From contig NC_052149.1 in the NCBI RefSeq assembly GCF_902713615.1, forward strand, positions 87,995,519 to 88,059,518: 64,000 nucleotides of DNA, in the 5' to 3' direction. Below the pieces are notes generated by a model that was given only the letters and a program-made list of their open reading frames with translations, did not search any database and was not told where the DNA came from. Origin of the DNA: Scyliorhinus canicula (lineage: Eukaryota). This document shows positions 50,201 to 61,745 of the stretch, in pieces. Each line of letters opens with the position of its first letter. The stretch's first letter is position 1. A program made the position numbers and the translations under genes.

Positions 50201-53200
50201 ACAAAGGTAATTGATATAGGGAGGGTGGTGGATGTTGTTTACATGGACTTCAGTAAAGCCTTTGATTCATGGCAACCTCGTACAAAAGGTGATGTCACAT
50301 GGGCTCAGAGGTGAGGTGGTAAGATGGATACTGAACTGGTTCGGTCACAGAAAGCAAAGAGTAGCAGTAGCAGGGTGTTTTTCTGAATGGAAGGTTCTGA
50401 CTAGTGGTGTTCCACAGGGATCTGTGCTGGGGCCTCTGTTGTTTGTAGTATACCCAAAGGATTTGGAGGAAAATGTAGCTGGTCTGATTAGTAAGTTCAC
50501 AGATAGTGTTCAGGATTGTCAGAGGATACAGCAGGACATAGATAGATTGGAGACTTGGGCAGAGAAATGGAAAATAGAGGTTAATCCAGACAAATGTGAG
50601 GTAATACATTTTGGTAGGTCTAAAATAGAGGGGAAATATACTGTAAATGGCAAAACCCTTGGGAATATAGAAAGTCAGAGGAATTGGGCGCTCACCACAG
50701 ATCTTTTAAAGTGACAACACAAGTGTGCAAGGTAGTCAAGAAAGCATACAGAATGCTTGCCTTCATTGGACATATATCGAGTATGAAAAACTGGCAAGTC
50801 ATGCTACAGTGGTATGGCATCATGGTACGGCTGCACTTGGAATATTGCGCACAATTCTGGTCGCCACACTACCAGAACGATGTGGAGGCTTTGGAGAGGG
50901 TGCAGAGGAGGTTTACCAGGATGTCGCCTGTTTTGGAAGCTGTTAGCTATGCAGAGAGGCTGAATAGACTTGGACTGTTTTCATTAGAAAGACGGAGGTT
51001 GAGAGTGACCTGATAGGCATCTACAAGATTATGAGGAGCATGGATAGAGTGGATGGGCAGGCATTCTTTCCCAGGGTGGAGGAGTCAGTCACCAGGGGGC
51101 ATAGGTTTAAGGTCCGTGGGGCAAAGTTTAGAGGAGTGACTGCCTAGAATGTATTGCCAGGGAAGGTTTAGAAGCAGATACATTCATGGCGTTCAAAAGG
51201 CATCTCAACAAATACATGGATAGAGGGCAGCACAGTGGCTAGCACTGCTGCCTCGTGGCGGCGAGGTCCCAGGTTCGATCCCGGCGCTGGGTCTGGGTGG
51301 AGTTTGCATTCTCCCTGTGTTGGTGTGGGTTTCGCCCCCACACCCAAAGATGTGCAGGGTAGGTGGTTTGGCCACGCTAAATTGCCCCTTAATTGGAAAA
51401 AAATTAATCGGGGAACCTAAATTTTCTTTTTTTAAATACACGGATAGGATGTGTATAGAGGGATATGGCACAAGGAAGTGCTGAAGGTTTTGGCCAAGGG
51501 TGTTATCATGACTGGTACAGGCTTGGAGGACCAAAGGGCTTGTTCCTGTGCTGTATTGTTCTTTGTTTGTTCTTTGTTTGTTTGAGAAACTCCAAACAAT
51601 TTGCAATTTGTAAAACTGAGGAAAGGATACTTCACCCCAGGAGTGATGACTCTGACCTATAGCATCTTTTATGTTAAAACAGACTTTAATTGGGCAGCAT
51701 GGTGGCACAGTGGTTAGCATTGCTGCCTACGGCGCTGAGGACCCGTGTTCGAATCCCGGCCCTGGGTCACTGTCCGTGTGGAGTTTGCACATTCTCCCCG
51801 TGTCTGCATGGGTTTCGCCCTCACAACCCAAAGATGTACAGGATAGGTGGATTGCCCGCGCTAAATTGCCCCTTAATTAAAAGAAAAAAAAAACAGACTT
51901 TAATTAAATCACAGAATTAGCCACATTAGTTGAGCACAGTGGGCTAAAGAGCTGGCTTGTAATGCAGAACAAGGCTAGCGGCGCGGGTTCAATTCCCGTA
52001 CCGGCCTCCCTGAACAGGCACCGGAATGTGGCGACTTGGGTTTTTTCAAAGTAACTTAATTGAAGCCTACTTCTGACAATAAGCTACTATTATTATTACT
52101 AACATCGAAGACATAGCTTTACAATTAACAGTTAAACAGTTTAAATAAAAGGAAAAAATTTCAACTATCTCCACCTGCCACTATATATTTTCCAACTAAG
52201 GAAACTAATACAGTTCAAAATGCACTCATAAATAAAGTTAACAAATCAGGGTTACTTGTTGTTCTCTCTGCAGACCTTTGGAGAAAGAACCTTTCTAGAA
52301 CAAGCTGAAAATCCTTCTGTCTTGTCAGACTCAAATCCTATAGAAAACTGCCAAAAACGACATTAATTAAATTATTTACATCCACCAAAATGTTCCATGA
52401 CCTGCTTTCCTGGGACTAAACACAATCCCTCAAATTAACTACACTCCAGGGAACCTCCAGCAATCAAAACAATGTTCCAATAGCCATCTCTCTGTAAACA
52501 AGTAAATGGTTAAAATCAATGGTTATCTCAACTTTTACTATCCCTTAATCACAGCTTTAACATACAGCATTCCCTATATGTATTTGAATCCATGGGTTAT
52601 TAATAACATTACAACAACTAAATATGAAACATAATACATAACAATTTCCTTCATTCATCACAAGGCTAATTTAAAGTGACTACAGCATCACTAGAGTCAG
52701 AATTCAAGTGTCTGTTGGTCACTACAGATACAGATGGTTAACTTCCACAAAATGAGCACAATGTGAATGCCAGGGTGCAATCAGTGGAAAATCACCAGGC
52801 CAAACTCGGAACATGGCCAGTAATGAGAAGGGACTAATTTGGACAAACCAGCGTAAAAGATCACATGGATACTCAGGTGTATTATGGTTACGGATACAAC
52901 TCACTTAAGTTAAAAATTCAACTAGCTTTGTTACTTGATTCCCAGATTCCCCTGTTATCTGGGCACAAATACGAAAGCTCTGGCCGGTGTATCTAACCTG
53001 GAGTGTTTTTACGGATGCCAAAGACCACGGCACATGTCACGGCAGCAACAATAATTCCCAGTATCAGCATCACAACGACAGAGATCCAGCAACACTGCCT
53101 GGAGCAGCAGCAAGGAGAACCACGCTGGCTACAGTCCCAATAATCTGAACAAACACAAACATAAATAAGTTCCCATTCTTCTACAAAATCAAACCTTCAA

Positions 53201-53473
53201 TGAAATGCATGGTGAATCTGAAACAAAAGCAGCCCAAATTTCCTGCTCCCCACATTTACCTTTCTTGCTTTTGTTGGATGTCATGGATATCGTTGAACCA
53301 AAAGGAGAGACATCAAAACTTGGCTAAAAGTTGAAGGAAAGGAAAACAGAAGTAGGAAATGTTAGTAAAATGTGCACAATCTTGCATTGAACACTATAAT
53401 ACTATTACTCTAGGCTATCAGTCCTCTTTGATACCGTGCTGATATTTTCTGGGAAAGTCTTATTAAATTTCAT
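44078..53473 (-). CDS. LDLRAD1: LDL receptor class A domain-containing protein 1, complete CDS: complement(join(44078..44226,47871..47999,48083..48220,52998..53144,53260..53323,53435..53473)), 221 aa; an in-frame ATG at 53494 would give 228 aa
   Basis: MKFNKTFPE start (human MNKVFPQ as recalled), Cys-rich juxtamembrane segment and TM helix, three LDLa-type modules (GFLCDNSITC, NNCGDCSDE, QHCVDWSDEY). Phases consistent; 666 nt. Confidence 0.92.
44321..44965. mobile_element. Fold-back element of two inverted Penelope pLTR-like arms, each with a minimal hammerhead ribozyme motif
   Basis: Termini ttgctgaaaaaag and cttttttcagcaa; arms align by eye over about 270-290 bp; CTGATGA at 44918-44924 (+) and 44363-44369 (-). 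Confidence 0.7.
45332..47495 (+). mobile_element. Young 5'-truncated CR1 LINE, antisense in the last LDLRAD1 intron
   Basis: Open 439-aa RT/C-terminal ORF 46097-47416 (FADDTK), one frameshift near 46072; tail tcttatggtcttatg. Confidence 0.93.
47871..47999 (-). CDS. LDLRAD1: LDLRAD1 coding exon 5
   Basis: DLPHNLPSYLVFRCGNPSSWVYTDQVCNGFNNCGDCSDESGP; acceptor tgccag, donor gtgagc. Confidence 0.94.
48083..48220 (-). CDS. LDLRAD1: LDLRAD1 coding exon 4
   Basis: SRFCLTANNHSGFLCDNSITCLQPSQVCHQIKDCLDAANKEPAMC; acceptor ttccag, donor gtaggt. Confidence 0.92.
48756..49269 (+). mobile_element. 5'-truncated Penelope-like element (GIY-YIG C-terminus and pLTR)
   Basis: SEAQHKLEEQHLIFRLGTLQPSGLNIKFNNFR*; pLTR end cagatgctgccagacttgctgag; 13-bp TSD CAAGGGCTTGCGC at 48743-48755 and 49270-49282. 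Confidence 0.85.
49711..52662. mobile_element. Solo-LTR-like element expanded by a nested CR1 (about 49765-51590) and three SINEs
   Basis: TGTTAG...ATCACA termini with near-TSD atgc/aggc; internal CR1 RT ORFs 49953-51013; SINE 51692-51889 has a 16-bp TSD. Confidence 0.6.
52998..53144 (-). CDS. LDLRAD1: LDLRAD1 coding exon 3 (transmembrane)
   Basis: DYWDCSQRGSPCCCSRQCCWISVVVMLILGIIVAAVTCAVVFGIRKNTP; acceptor gttcag, donor gttaga. Confidence 0.9.
53260..53323 (-). CDS. LDLRAD1: LDLRAD1 coding exon 2
   Basis: PSFDVSPFGSTISMTSNKSKK; acceptor ttttag, donor gtaaat. Confidence 0.8.
53435..53473 (-). CDS. LDLRAD1: LDLRAD1 coding exon 1
   Basis: MKFNKTFPENIST; donor gtatca; phase 0. Confidence 0.75.
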
Positions 53474-53565
53474 TGTCTTCGGTTCCTGCTGCATGACCAG
53501 AGTTTTATTCCTGGGGAGACTGTGGTTCGCAGCAGCAATCCAGCAATTTCTTTCAATACCAGTCT

Positions 53566-53578
53566 GTCACTTAGTAAC
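53566..53578. promoter_or_regulatory. RFX X-box upstream of LDLRAD1
   Basis: GTCACTTAGTAAC fits GTNRCY-N-RGYAAC, about 90 bp upstream of the ATG at 53473. Confidence 0.5.
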
Positions 53579-53869
53579 TAAATGAAACATAAATAAAGAA
53601 AACAGATGGAGTTTCTGTTTGTGCCAGGACTTTACCAACGTAAATATTGTTCGATATTGCAGCACATAAATCATGGACTTCCAGATCTGTCAAAAACAGC
53701 CCACAGTATTATACAAATAGAATCGCCTGGATATAACCACCGTGAGAGAGGAACTCAAAAAGACTGAATTCAAGGGGTTACTGGGCAAGTTTTTGAAGTT
53801 AAAATTCCTGCACCTTATATTTTTGTCTATTTGCTGTTGGTGTAAATTTGTTTCAACAAGATAAAGAGC

Positions 53870-54182
53870 ATCATAGTAGTACAGTGGTTAGCACAGTTGC
53901 TTCACAGCTCCAGGGTCCCAGGTTCCAGAGTCTTCACATTCTCCCCATGTCTGCATGGGTTTCCACCAGGTGCTCCGGTTTCCTCCCACAGTCCAAAGAT
54001 GTGCAGATTAGGCGGATTTGCCATGATAAATTGCCCTTAGTGTCCAAAAAGGTTGGGTGGGATTAATGGGTTACGGGGATAGGTGGAGGTGTGTGCTTAA
54101 GTGGGGTGCTCTTTCCAAGGGCCGGCGCAGACTCGATTGGCCGAATGGCCTCCTTCTGCACTGTAAATACTATGATTTCATG
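53870..54182 (+). mobile_element. HE1-like V-SINE with CR1-type tail
   Basis: tRNA head, V-domain, tail gccgaatggcctccttctgcactgta. Confidence 0.8.
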
Positions 54183-54714
54183 TGCCAGATCAGCAAGAAC
54201 TTTATTTGCAATTTTCCATTGATTGCAGCGAATCTTAAGATTTCCTTGAATCTACTAAGAAATTGAACACATTTCTTAGAAGGATTATACCAGACGTTGT
54301 ATGTTGAATGATGTGATCTAAACGTTTTGAATTGATTTCATGACGTCTGTCATATTTCATACCAACACAACTAGCCAAGCTAAACCTACAGTCACAATCA
54401 TTACTTAGGCAGTCACTATTGAACATTGCCAGGTTACCCAATTACTTGGGAAGAATGTGGCCAGTGCCACTCATTTGGGAGGTTCTAAATGAAGGGGGCA
54501 GTTCATGATTTATTACTGAATTATACCTAGGGTTTTATTGTACCAACAAATGGCTTGCTGTATTAAAATTCTTTCTCCCAGTCCATTGCAAATTGCTGCA
54601 GATCCATAAGCAGTTTGTGGTTGGTTGAGACATTCACCTGTTGAATCGAATGGTTATAGGTTCAACCCTTTCCAGAGTCTTGAATATGCCCAAGACTTCA
54701 ATGCAATGCTCAGA

Positions 54715-56845
54715 GATACCATTTCTCAGCATGGTGTACAACCTGATGAAGAGAAAACTGCAGTTATTCAGAACATGAAGATATCAGAAGACAAAAAGGC
54801 TATACTCAGATTTTTAGGCTTTGTCGACTTTCGAGGCAAGTTCATCTCCAACTTGTCAGCAAGAACAACAGCTTTAAGAAACCTAATAAAGAAGTCTACA
54901 GAGGACCATCAGAAAGAGTGGCAAGATTTGAAACTCCAATTCACGTCCGCATCAATACTAGCTCTCTTTGATCCTAAAAGAGCAACCAAAATATCCACTG
55001 ATGCAAGTCAGAATGGGATAGGCACAGTTCTCTTACAAAGAGATGAAAATTCATATTGGGTCCCTGTAGCATATGCTTCAAGAGCAATAGATCATAGAAC
55101 AGTACAGCACAGTACAGGCCCTTCAGCCCACAATGTTGTGCCGACCATTTATCCTAATCTAAGATCAACCTAACCTACACCCCTTCAATTTACTGTCGTC
55201 CATGTGCCTAAGAGTCGCTTAAATGTCCCTAATGACTCTGACTCCACCACCTCTGCTGGCAGTACATTCCACACACCAACCACTCTCTGTGTAAAACATC
55301 TACCTCTGACATCTCCCCTACCTTCCTCCAATCAACTTAAAATTATGTCCCCTCGTGACAGCCATTTCCACCCTGAGGAAAAGTCTCTGGCTATCCAATG
55401 ACAGCAATGACAGCGACGGAATGCAGATACGCCCAAATTGAGAAGGAATGTCTAGGTCTATTGGCAGAAATACTCAAATTCCATGATTATGTCTATGGGC
55501 TTCCCACCTTCACAGTTGAGATTGATCACAGGCCGTTAGTCCACATTATCGACAAGGATCTCAATGACATGACGGCAAGACTTCAGAGGAAGTTTTAACC
55601 TAATCTACACGAAAGATTTAATTATTGCAGATACTCTATCACACTCCATCACGTCTGTCAGACAACCATTTGAATTCATACGTGATGTCGAAGCTCAGGT
55701 GAAACTCTGTACAGAAAACCTACCTGCATCAGATCAGAAGTTAAATTTAATCAGAACTGAACCAAGAAGGACGTTACCTACAAAGGGTCATTCACCACCT
55801 TCAACATGGGGGGCTGAAAGGGCAGTGTCCTCAGTACAGAAACATTCAGTCAGATTTAACCATTGTAGATGGTCTACTCTTGAGATTCGACCGAATTGTA
55901 AGTCCACAATGACTTTGTTCCATGATACTTGATCAGATTCATGAGGGACACTTCGGGATCGAAAAGTGTAAATGACGAGCACGATAGGCAGTCTACTGGC
56001 AGGGAATAAACAGAGACATTACTTTTGTTTTTTTCTTTTTCTATTTACTTTTTAAAAATAAATTTAGAGTACCCAATTATTTTTTCCAATTAAGGGGCAA
56101 TTTAGCATGGCCAATCCACCTATCCTACACATCTTTTGGGTTGTGGGGGTGAAACCCACAACAGAGACATTACTGACAAGGTTATCGCCTGTGAAACTTG
56201 TCAAAAACATAAACCTGCGCAATGCAAGGAGACTCTGCAACAACAAAAATTAGTTATTTCTCCTTGGGCCAAAGTAGGAATTGACCCATTTCATTCGACT
56301 GGTCGAGATTATGTTTCAATTATTGATTACTACTCTAATTTTCCAGAAGTAGCAAAACTTCCGGATTTGACTTCAAAATCAATTATTAAAGCATGCAAGG
56401 AAACGTTTTCAAAGCATAGAATACCTGACACCGTCATGTCGGACAACAGTCCATGCTTTGACAGTTTTGAATGGGCCGAGTTCTCAAAGAAGTATAACTT
56501 CACGCATGTGACATCCAGTCCTCACTACCCTCAGTCCAACGGTAAGGTAGAGAAGGGTGTTCACATAGTCAAGCAGTTAATCAGCAAAGCAATTGATTCG
56601 GTGTCGGATATCCATCTTGCGTTGTTATTCTATAGAGCTACACCGCTATCTTCTGGACTCTCACTGGCTCAAATATTGTTTAATCGATATCTCAGAACTA
56701 CTTTACCAGCCATTCAACTGCAGAATCCAGATCACTTGCCAGTGCTAAAGAAGATAGAAAATCTACGTTCACATCAGCGGTCATATGACAACAGAAATGC
56801 ATCTCAACTGGAACCACTCACTCCAGATGACCTTGTAAGAAGAGG
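54715..56845 (+). mobile_element. Degenerate Gypsy pol fragment (RNase H and integrase) with nested CR1 tail and SINE
   Basis: ISTDASQNGIG...PVAYASRA, YAQIEKECLG, IDHRPL, integrase PWAKVGID...MSDNSP...SSPHYPQSNGKVEKGV. Confidence 0.88.
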
Positions 56846-57061
56846 TCTGAAGACAAACCATGAACTGAAAGCAGAGCTTGTTGTGAAATAAGGTGCCTCT
56901 GTGAGTCATATAACTCTATCTAGAAAGCTGCTAAAAGTTTTGAGTACTGCATTCTTGAAACTGAAGAAAACCTGATTGAATTAATCTATAGGAAAGTCAT
57001 CACGAACTGTCGACAAAGACAGGGAACTATTTTTTTTCCCAAAGAGACTATGTGTTTATTT

Positions 57062-60000
57062 CTTTTTTTTAAAATAATTTTTATTGAAAATTTTTTACAA
57101 AATATATAACAACAAACAGTAACAAGCAACAATAAAACAACATAATAATAAGCATAACACCCCCAAGACCGTAGCCACGCATATATCGAGCCCCCCCACC
57201 CCCCAAAACCCAGTAAACAACAAGAGAACTGGAAAATAAATTAAAATAAAATAAAATAAACATAGTCAACGCTCTCCCCCCCCTTTTTTCCCCCCCTCCC
57301 CCCTCGGGTTGCTGCTGCTGCTGACCTAGTTCCCTATCGCTGAGCCAGAAAGTCGAGGAAAGGCTGCCACTGCCTAAAGAACCCTTGTACCGATCCTCTC
57401 AGGGCGAAATTGACCTTCTCCAGCTTAATAAAACCCGCCATGTCATTGATCCAGGTCTCCACGCTTGGGGGTCTCGTATCCTTCCACTGTAGCAAGATCC
57501 TCCGCCGGGCTACTAGGGACTCAAAGACCAAAACACCGGCCTCTCTCGCCTCCTGCACTCCCGGCTCCACCCCAACCCCAAAAATCGCGAGTCCCCAGCC
57601 TGGCTTGACCCTGGATCCTACCACCCTCGACACCGTCCTCGCCACCCCCTTCCAGAACTCCTCAAGTGCCAGTCATGCCCAGAACATATGGGCATGGTTC
57701 GCTGGACTCCCTGAACACCTGACACACCTGTCTTCGCACCCAAAGAACCTACTCATCCTAGTCCCGGACATATGGGCCCGGTGCAGCACCTTGAATTGGA
57801 TGAGGCTAAGCCGCGCACATGAGGAGGAAGAGTTAACCCTCTCCAGGGCATCCGCCCATGTCCCATCCTCGATTTGCTCCCCCAGTTCCCCCTCCCACTT
57901 AGCCTTTAGCTCCTCTTCTGACGCCTCCTCCACCTCTTGCATTACCTTGTAGATATCAGATATCTTCCCATCCCCGACCCAGACCTCCGAAAGCACCCTG
58001 TCCCTCACCCCCCTCGCGGGAAGCAAAGGGAATCCCTCCACCTGCTGCCTAGCAAATGCCTTTACCTGCAGGTACCTGAACATGTTCCCCAAGGGGAGCT
58101 CAAATTTCTCCTCCAACTCTCCCAGGCTCGCAAACCTCCCATCAATGAACAGGTCCCTAAACTTTCTGATGCCCGCTCTGTGCCAACCCTGGAACCCCCC
58201 ATCAATGTTCCCCGGGACGAACCGAGGGTTCCCCCTTAGCGGGGCCTCCATCGAGCCCCCCACTTCCCCCCTATGTCGCCTCCACTGCCCTCAGATCTTG
58301 AGGGTAGCTGCCACCACCGGACTCGTGGTATACCACGTAGGAGGGAGCAGCAACGGCGCCGTTACCAGGGCCCCCAGGCTTGTACCTCCACAGGACGCCA
58401 TCTCCAACCTTTTCCATGCTGCCCCCTCCCCCTCCATCACCCACTTGCGCACCATCGACACATTGGCCGCCCAATAATACCCCGAGAGGCTGGGTAATGC
58501 CAGCCCCCCACCATCTCTGCCCCGCTCCAAGAAGACCCTCTTCACCCTCGGGGTCCCATGCGCCCAAACAAAGCTCATGATGCTGCTAGTCACCCTCCTA
58601 AAAAAGGCCCTAGGGATAAAGATGGGCAAACACTGAAAAAGGAACAAGAACCTCGGGACCTCGTCATTTTGACGGACTGCACTCTACCCACCAGCGATAG
58701 CGGCACCATGTCCCACCTTTTAAATTCCTCCTCCATCTACTCCACAAGCCTGGTAAAATTAAGCTTGTGGAGAGTCCCCCAACTCCTGGCCACCTAACCC
58801 TAACCCTAAAACTCTTCACTGCCCTCTTAAACGGGCCTCCCTCCTCCTGATCACCCGGGTGCACTACAAATACCTCGCTCTTGCCCAGATTCAGCTTATA
58901 GCCCGAGAAGCCCCCAAACTCAGCCAACAGCTCCATCACCCCCGGCATTCCCCCCACTGGGTCCGCCACATACAGCAGCAGGTCGTCCGCATACAGCGAT
59001 ACCCGATGTTCCTCCCCACCCCGCACCAGACCCCTCCACCTCCCCGACTCCCTCAACGCCATAGCCAGAGGTTCAATCGCCAGTGCAAAAAGCAAGGGGG
59101 ACAGGGGGCACCCCTGCCTGGTCCCACGGTAGAGCCTGAAGTACTCTGACCTCCTTCCATTAGTAACTACACTCGCCATCGGGGCCTCATAAAGCAACCT
59201 CACCCATTTGATGAACTCCTCCCCAAATCCAAACCTCTCCAGCACCTCCCACAGGTACCCCCACTCAACTCTATCAAAGGCCTTCTCTGCATCTAGCGCC
59301 ACCACTATCTCCGCCTCCCCCTCCACCGCCGGCATCATAATAACATTTAACAATCTCCGCACATTCGTGTTAAGCTGTCTTGCCTTGACAAATCCTGTCT
59401 GATCCTCGTGTATCACCCCTGGCACACAGTCCTCTATCCTGGTGGCCAGGATCTTCGCCAGCAACTTAGCATCCACATTGAGGAGCGAGATTGGCCTGTG
59501 TGATCCACACTGCAGGGGGTCCTTATCCCGCTTCAGGATCAAAGAAATCAGCGTCCGTGACATCATCGGGGGAAAAGCCCCCCCCCCTCCCATGCCTCAT
59601 TGAAGGCCCACACCAACAGGCGGCCCACCAGGTCCGCATCCTTTTTATAAAATTCCACCGGGAACCCATCCGGCCCCGGCGCTTTCCCTGACTGTATTTG
59701 ACCAATCCCCCTGACTAGCTCCTCCAACTCAATTGGCGCCCCCAGCCCCTCCACCAGCTCCTCCTGCACCTTTGGGAAATGTAGCCTGTTCATAAAGCTC
59801 TCCATCCCCCCCCCCCCAACCGGTGGCTCCGACCGGTACAGTTCCTCGTAAAAGTCCCTAAAGACCCCGTTCACCTCTGCCCCCTTCAGCACCACATTCC
59901 CACCCTTATCCATCACTCCACCAATTTCCCTAGCCGCATCTCGCCTACGGACCTGATGCGCCAGCATCCTGCTCGCCTTCTCCCCATACTCATAAACCGT

Positions 60001-61745
60001 GCCTTGCGCCTTCCTCCACTCTGTCGCCACATACAGCAGCATGGTAGCATTGTGGATAGCACAATCGCTTCACAGCTCCAGGGTCCCAGGTTCGATTCCG
60101 GCTTGGGTCACTGTCTGTGTGGAGTCTGCACATCCTCCCCGTGTGTGCGTGGGTTTCCTCCGGGTGCTCCGGTTTCCTCCCACAGTCCAAAGATGTGCAG
60201 GTTAGGTGGTTTGGCCACGCTAAATTGCCCGTAGTGTTGGGTGGGGTTACTGGGTTATGGGGATAGGGTGGAGGTGTTAACCTTGGGTAGGGTGCTCTTT
60301 CCAGGAGCTGGTGCAGACTCGATGGGCCGAATGGCCTCCTTCTGCACTGTAAATTCTATGTAATTCTATGTGTCTCCGCCTTTCTGGTGGTCAGCAAGTC
60401 GAACTTGGCCTGCAAGCTACGCCGTTCCCCCAACAATCCCTCTTCCGGGGCTTCTGCGTACCTCCTATCCACATCTAGGAGCTCCCCCACCAGTCTTGCC
60501 CTCTCCCTCCTTTCCCTATGGGCCCGGATGGAAATCAGCTCCTCCCGGATCACTGCCTTCAGAGCCTCCCAAACCATCCCCACCCGACCTCCCCCGTATC
60601 GTTGGCCTCAAGGTACCCCTCAATACTTCCCCGGACCCGCCTACACACCTCCTCATCGGCCAGCAACCCCACGTCCAGACGCCACAGAAGGCGCTGGTCC
60701 CGCACCTCCCCCATCTCCAGATCGACCCAGTGCGGAGCATGGTCTGAAATTGCTATGGCCGAATACTCGGCATCCTCCACCCTCGGGATCAATCCCCTGC
60801 TCAGGACAAAAAAATCTATTCGGGAGTAAACCCTATGGACATGGGAGAAAAAGGAATACTCCCACGCCCTCGGCCTCCCAAACCTCCAGGGATCCACCCC
60901 TCCCATCTGGTCCATAAACTCCCTCAGCACCTTGGCCGCCGCCGGCCTCTTACCCGTCCTTGAACTGGACCGGTCTAGTCGGGGATCCGGCACCGTGTTA
61001 AAGTCTCCCCCCATGATCAGGCCCCCTGCCTCCAGGTCCGGAATGCGGCCCAACATACGCCTCATAAAGCCAGCATCATCCCAATTCGGGGCATATACGT
61101 TTACCAGCACCACCTTCTCTCCCTGCAGCCTACCCTTCACCATAACAAACCTGCCCTCCTTGTCCGCCACCACCTCAGACGCCTCGAACGCCACCCTCTT
61201 CCCCACCAGAATCGCCACCCCTGGTTCTTCGCATCTAATCCTGAGTGGAAAACCTGCCCCACCCATCCCTTCCTCAGACGAACCTGGTCCGCCACCTTCA
61301 AGTGGGTCTCCTGGAGCATAGCCACGTCCGCCTTCAGCCCCTTCAAATGAGAAAATACCCTAGCCCGCTTAACCGGCCCATTCAGCCCCCTCACGTTCCA
61401 GGTGACCAGCCGGATCAGAGGGCACCCCGCCCCCCTCCCCCGCTGACTAGCCATAGCTCATCGACTGCTCACCCCAGGCCAGCACACCCCGCCCGACCCG
61501 TTCCCCATGACAATAGCGCCTCTCCCCTACCCCCCCTGGCCCACACCAGCTCCTTCTTGGCCTGTCCAGCAGCAACCTGGTATCCCCCCCACCCTCCTCC
61601 CCCACCCCACCCCCCTCTCCCACCCCACCCCAGGCTAGGACCCCTCCTTGCCGCGACGCACCCTCCATGGTACTTCCGTGAGTCAGCTGACTTCTGCTGA
61701 CCCCAGCAACTCCCGCCAAAACCCGGCCCCTCCCGACATGGGGTC
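57062..61745 (-). mobile_element. L1-like LINE with nearly complete but frameshifted ORF2 (start 61454), interrupted by a SINE (about 60025-60370) and by a Gypsy element at its 5' side
   Basis: EN motifs LVTWNVRGL, LQETHL, GGDFN, YSRIDFF, ISDHAP; RT motifs QGCPLSP, LYADD; CCHC knuckle; AATAAA and A tail. Confidence 0.93.
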
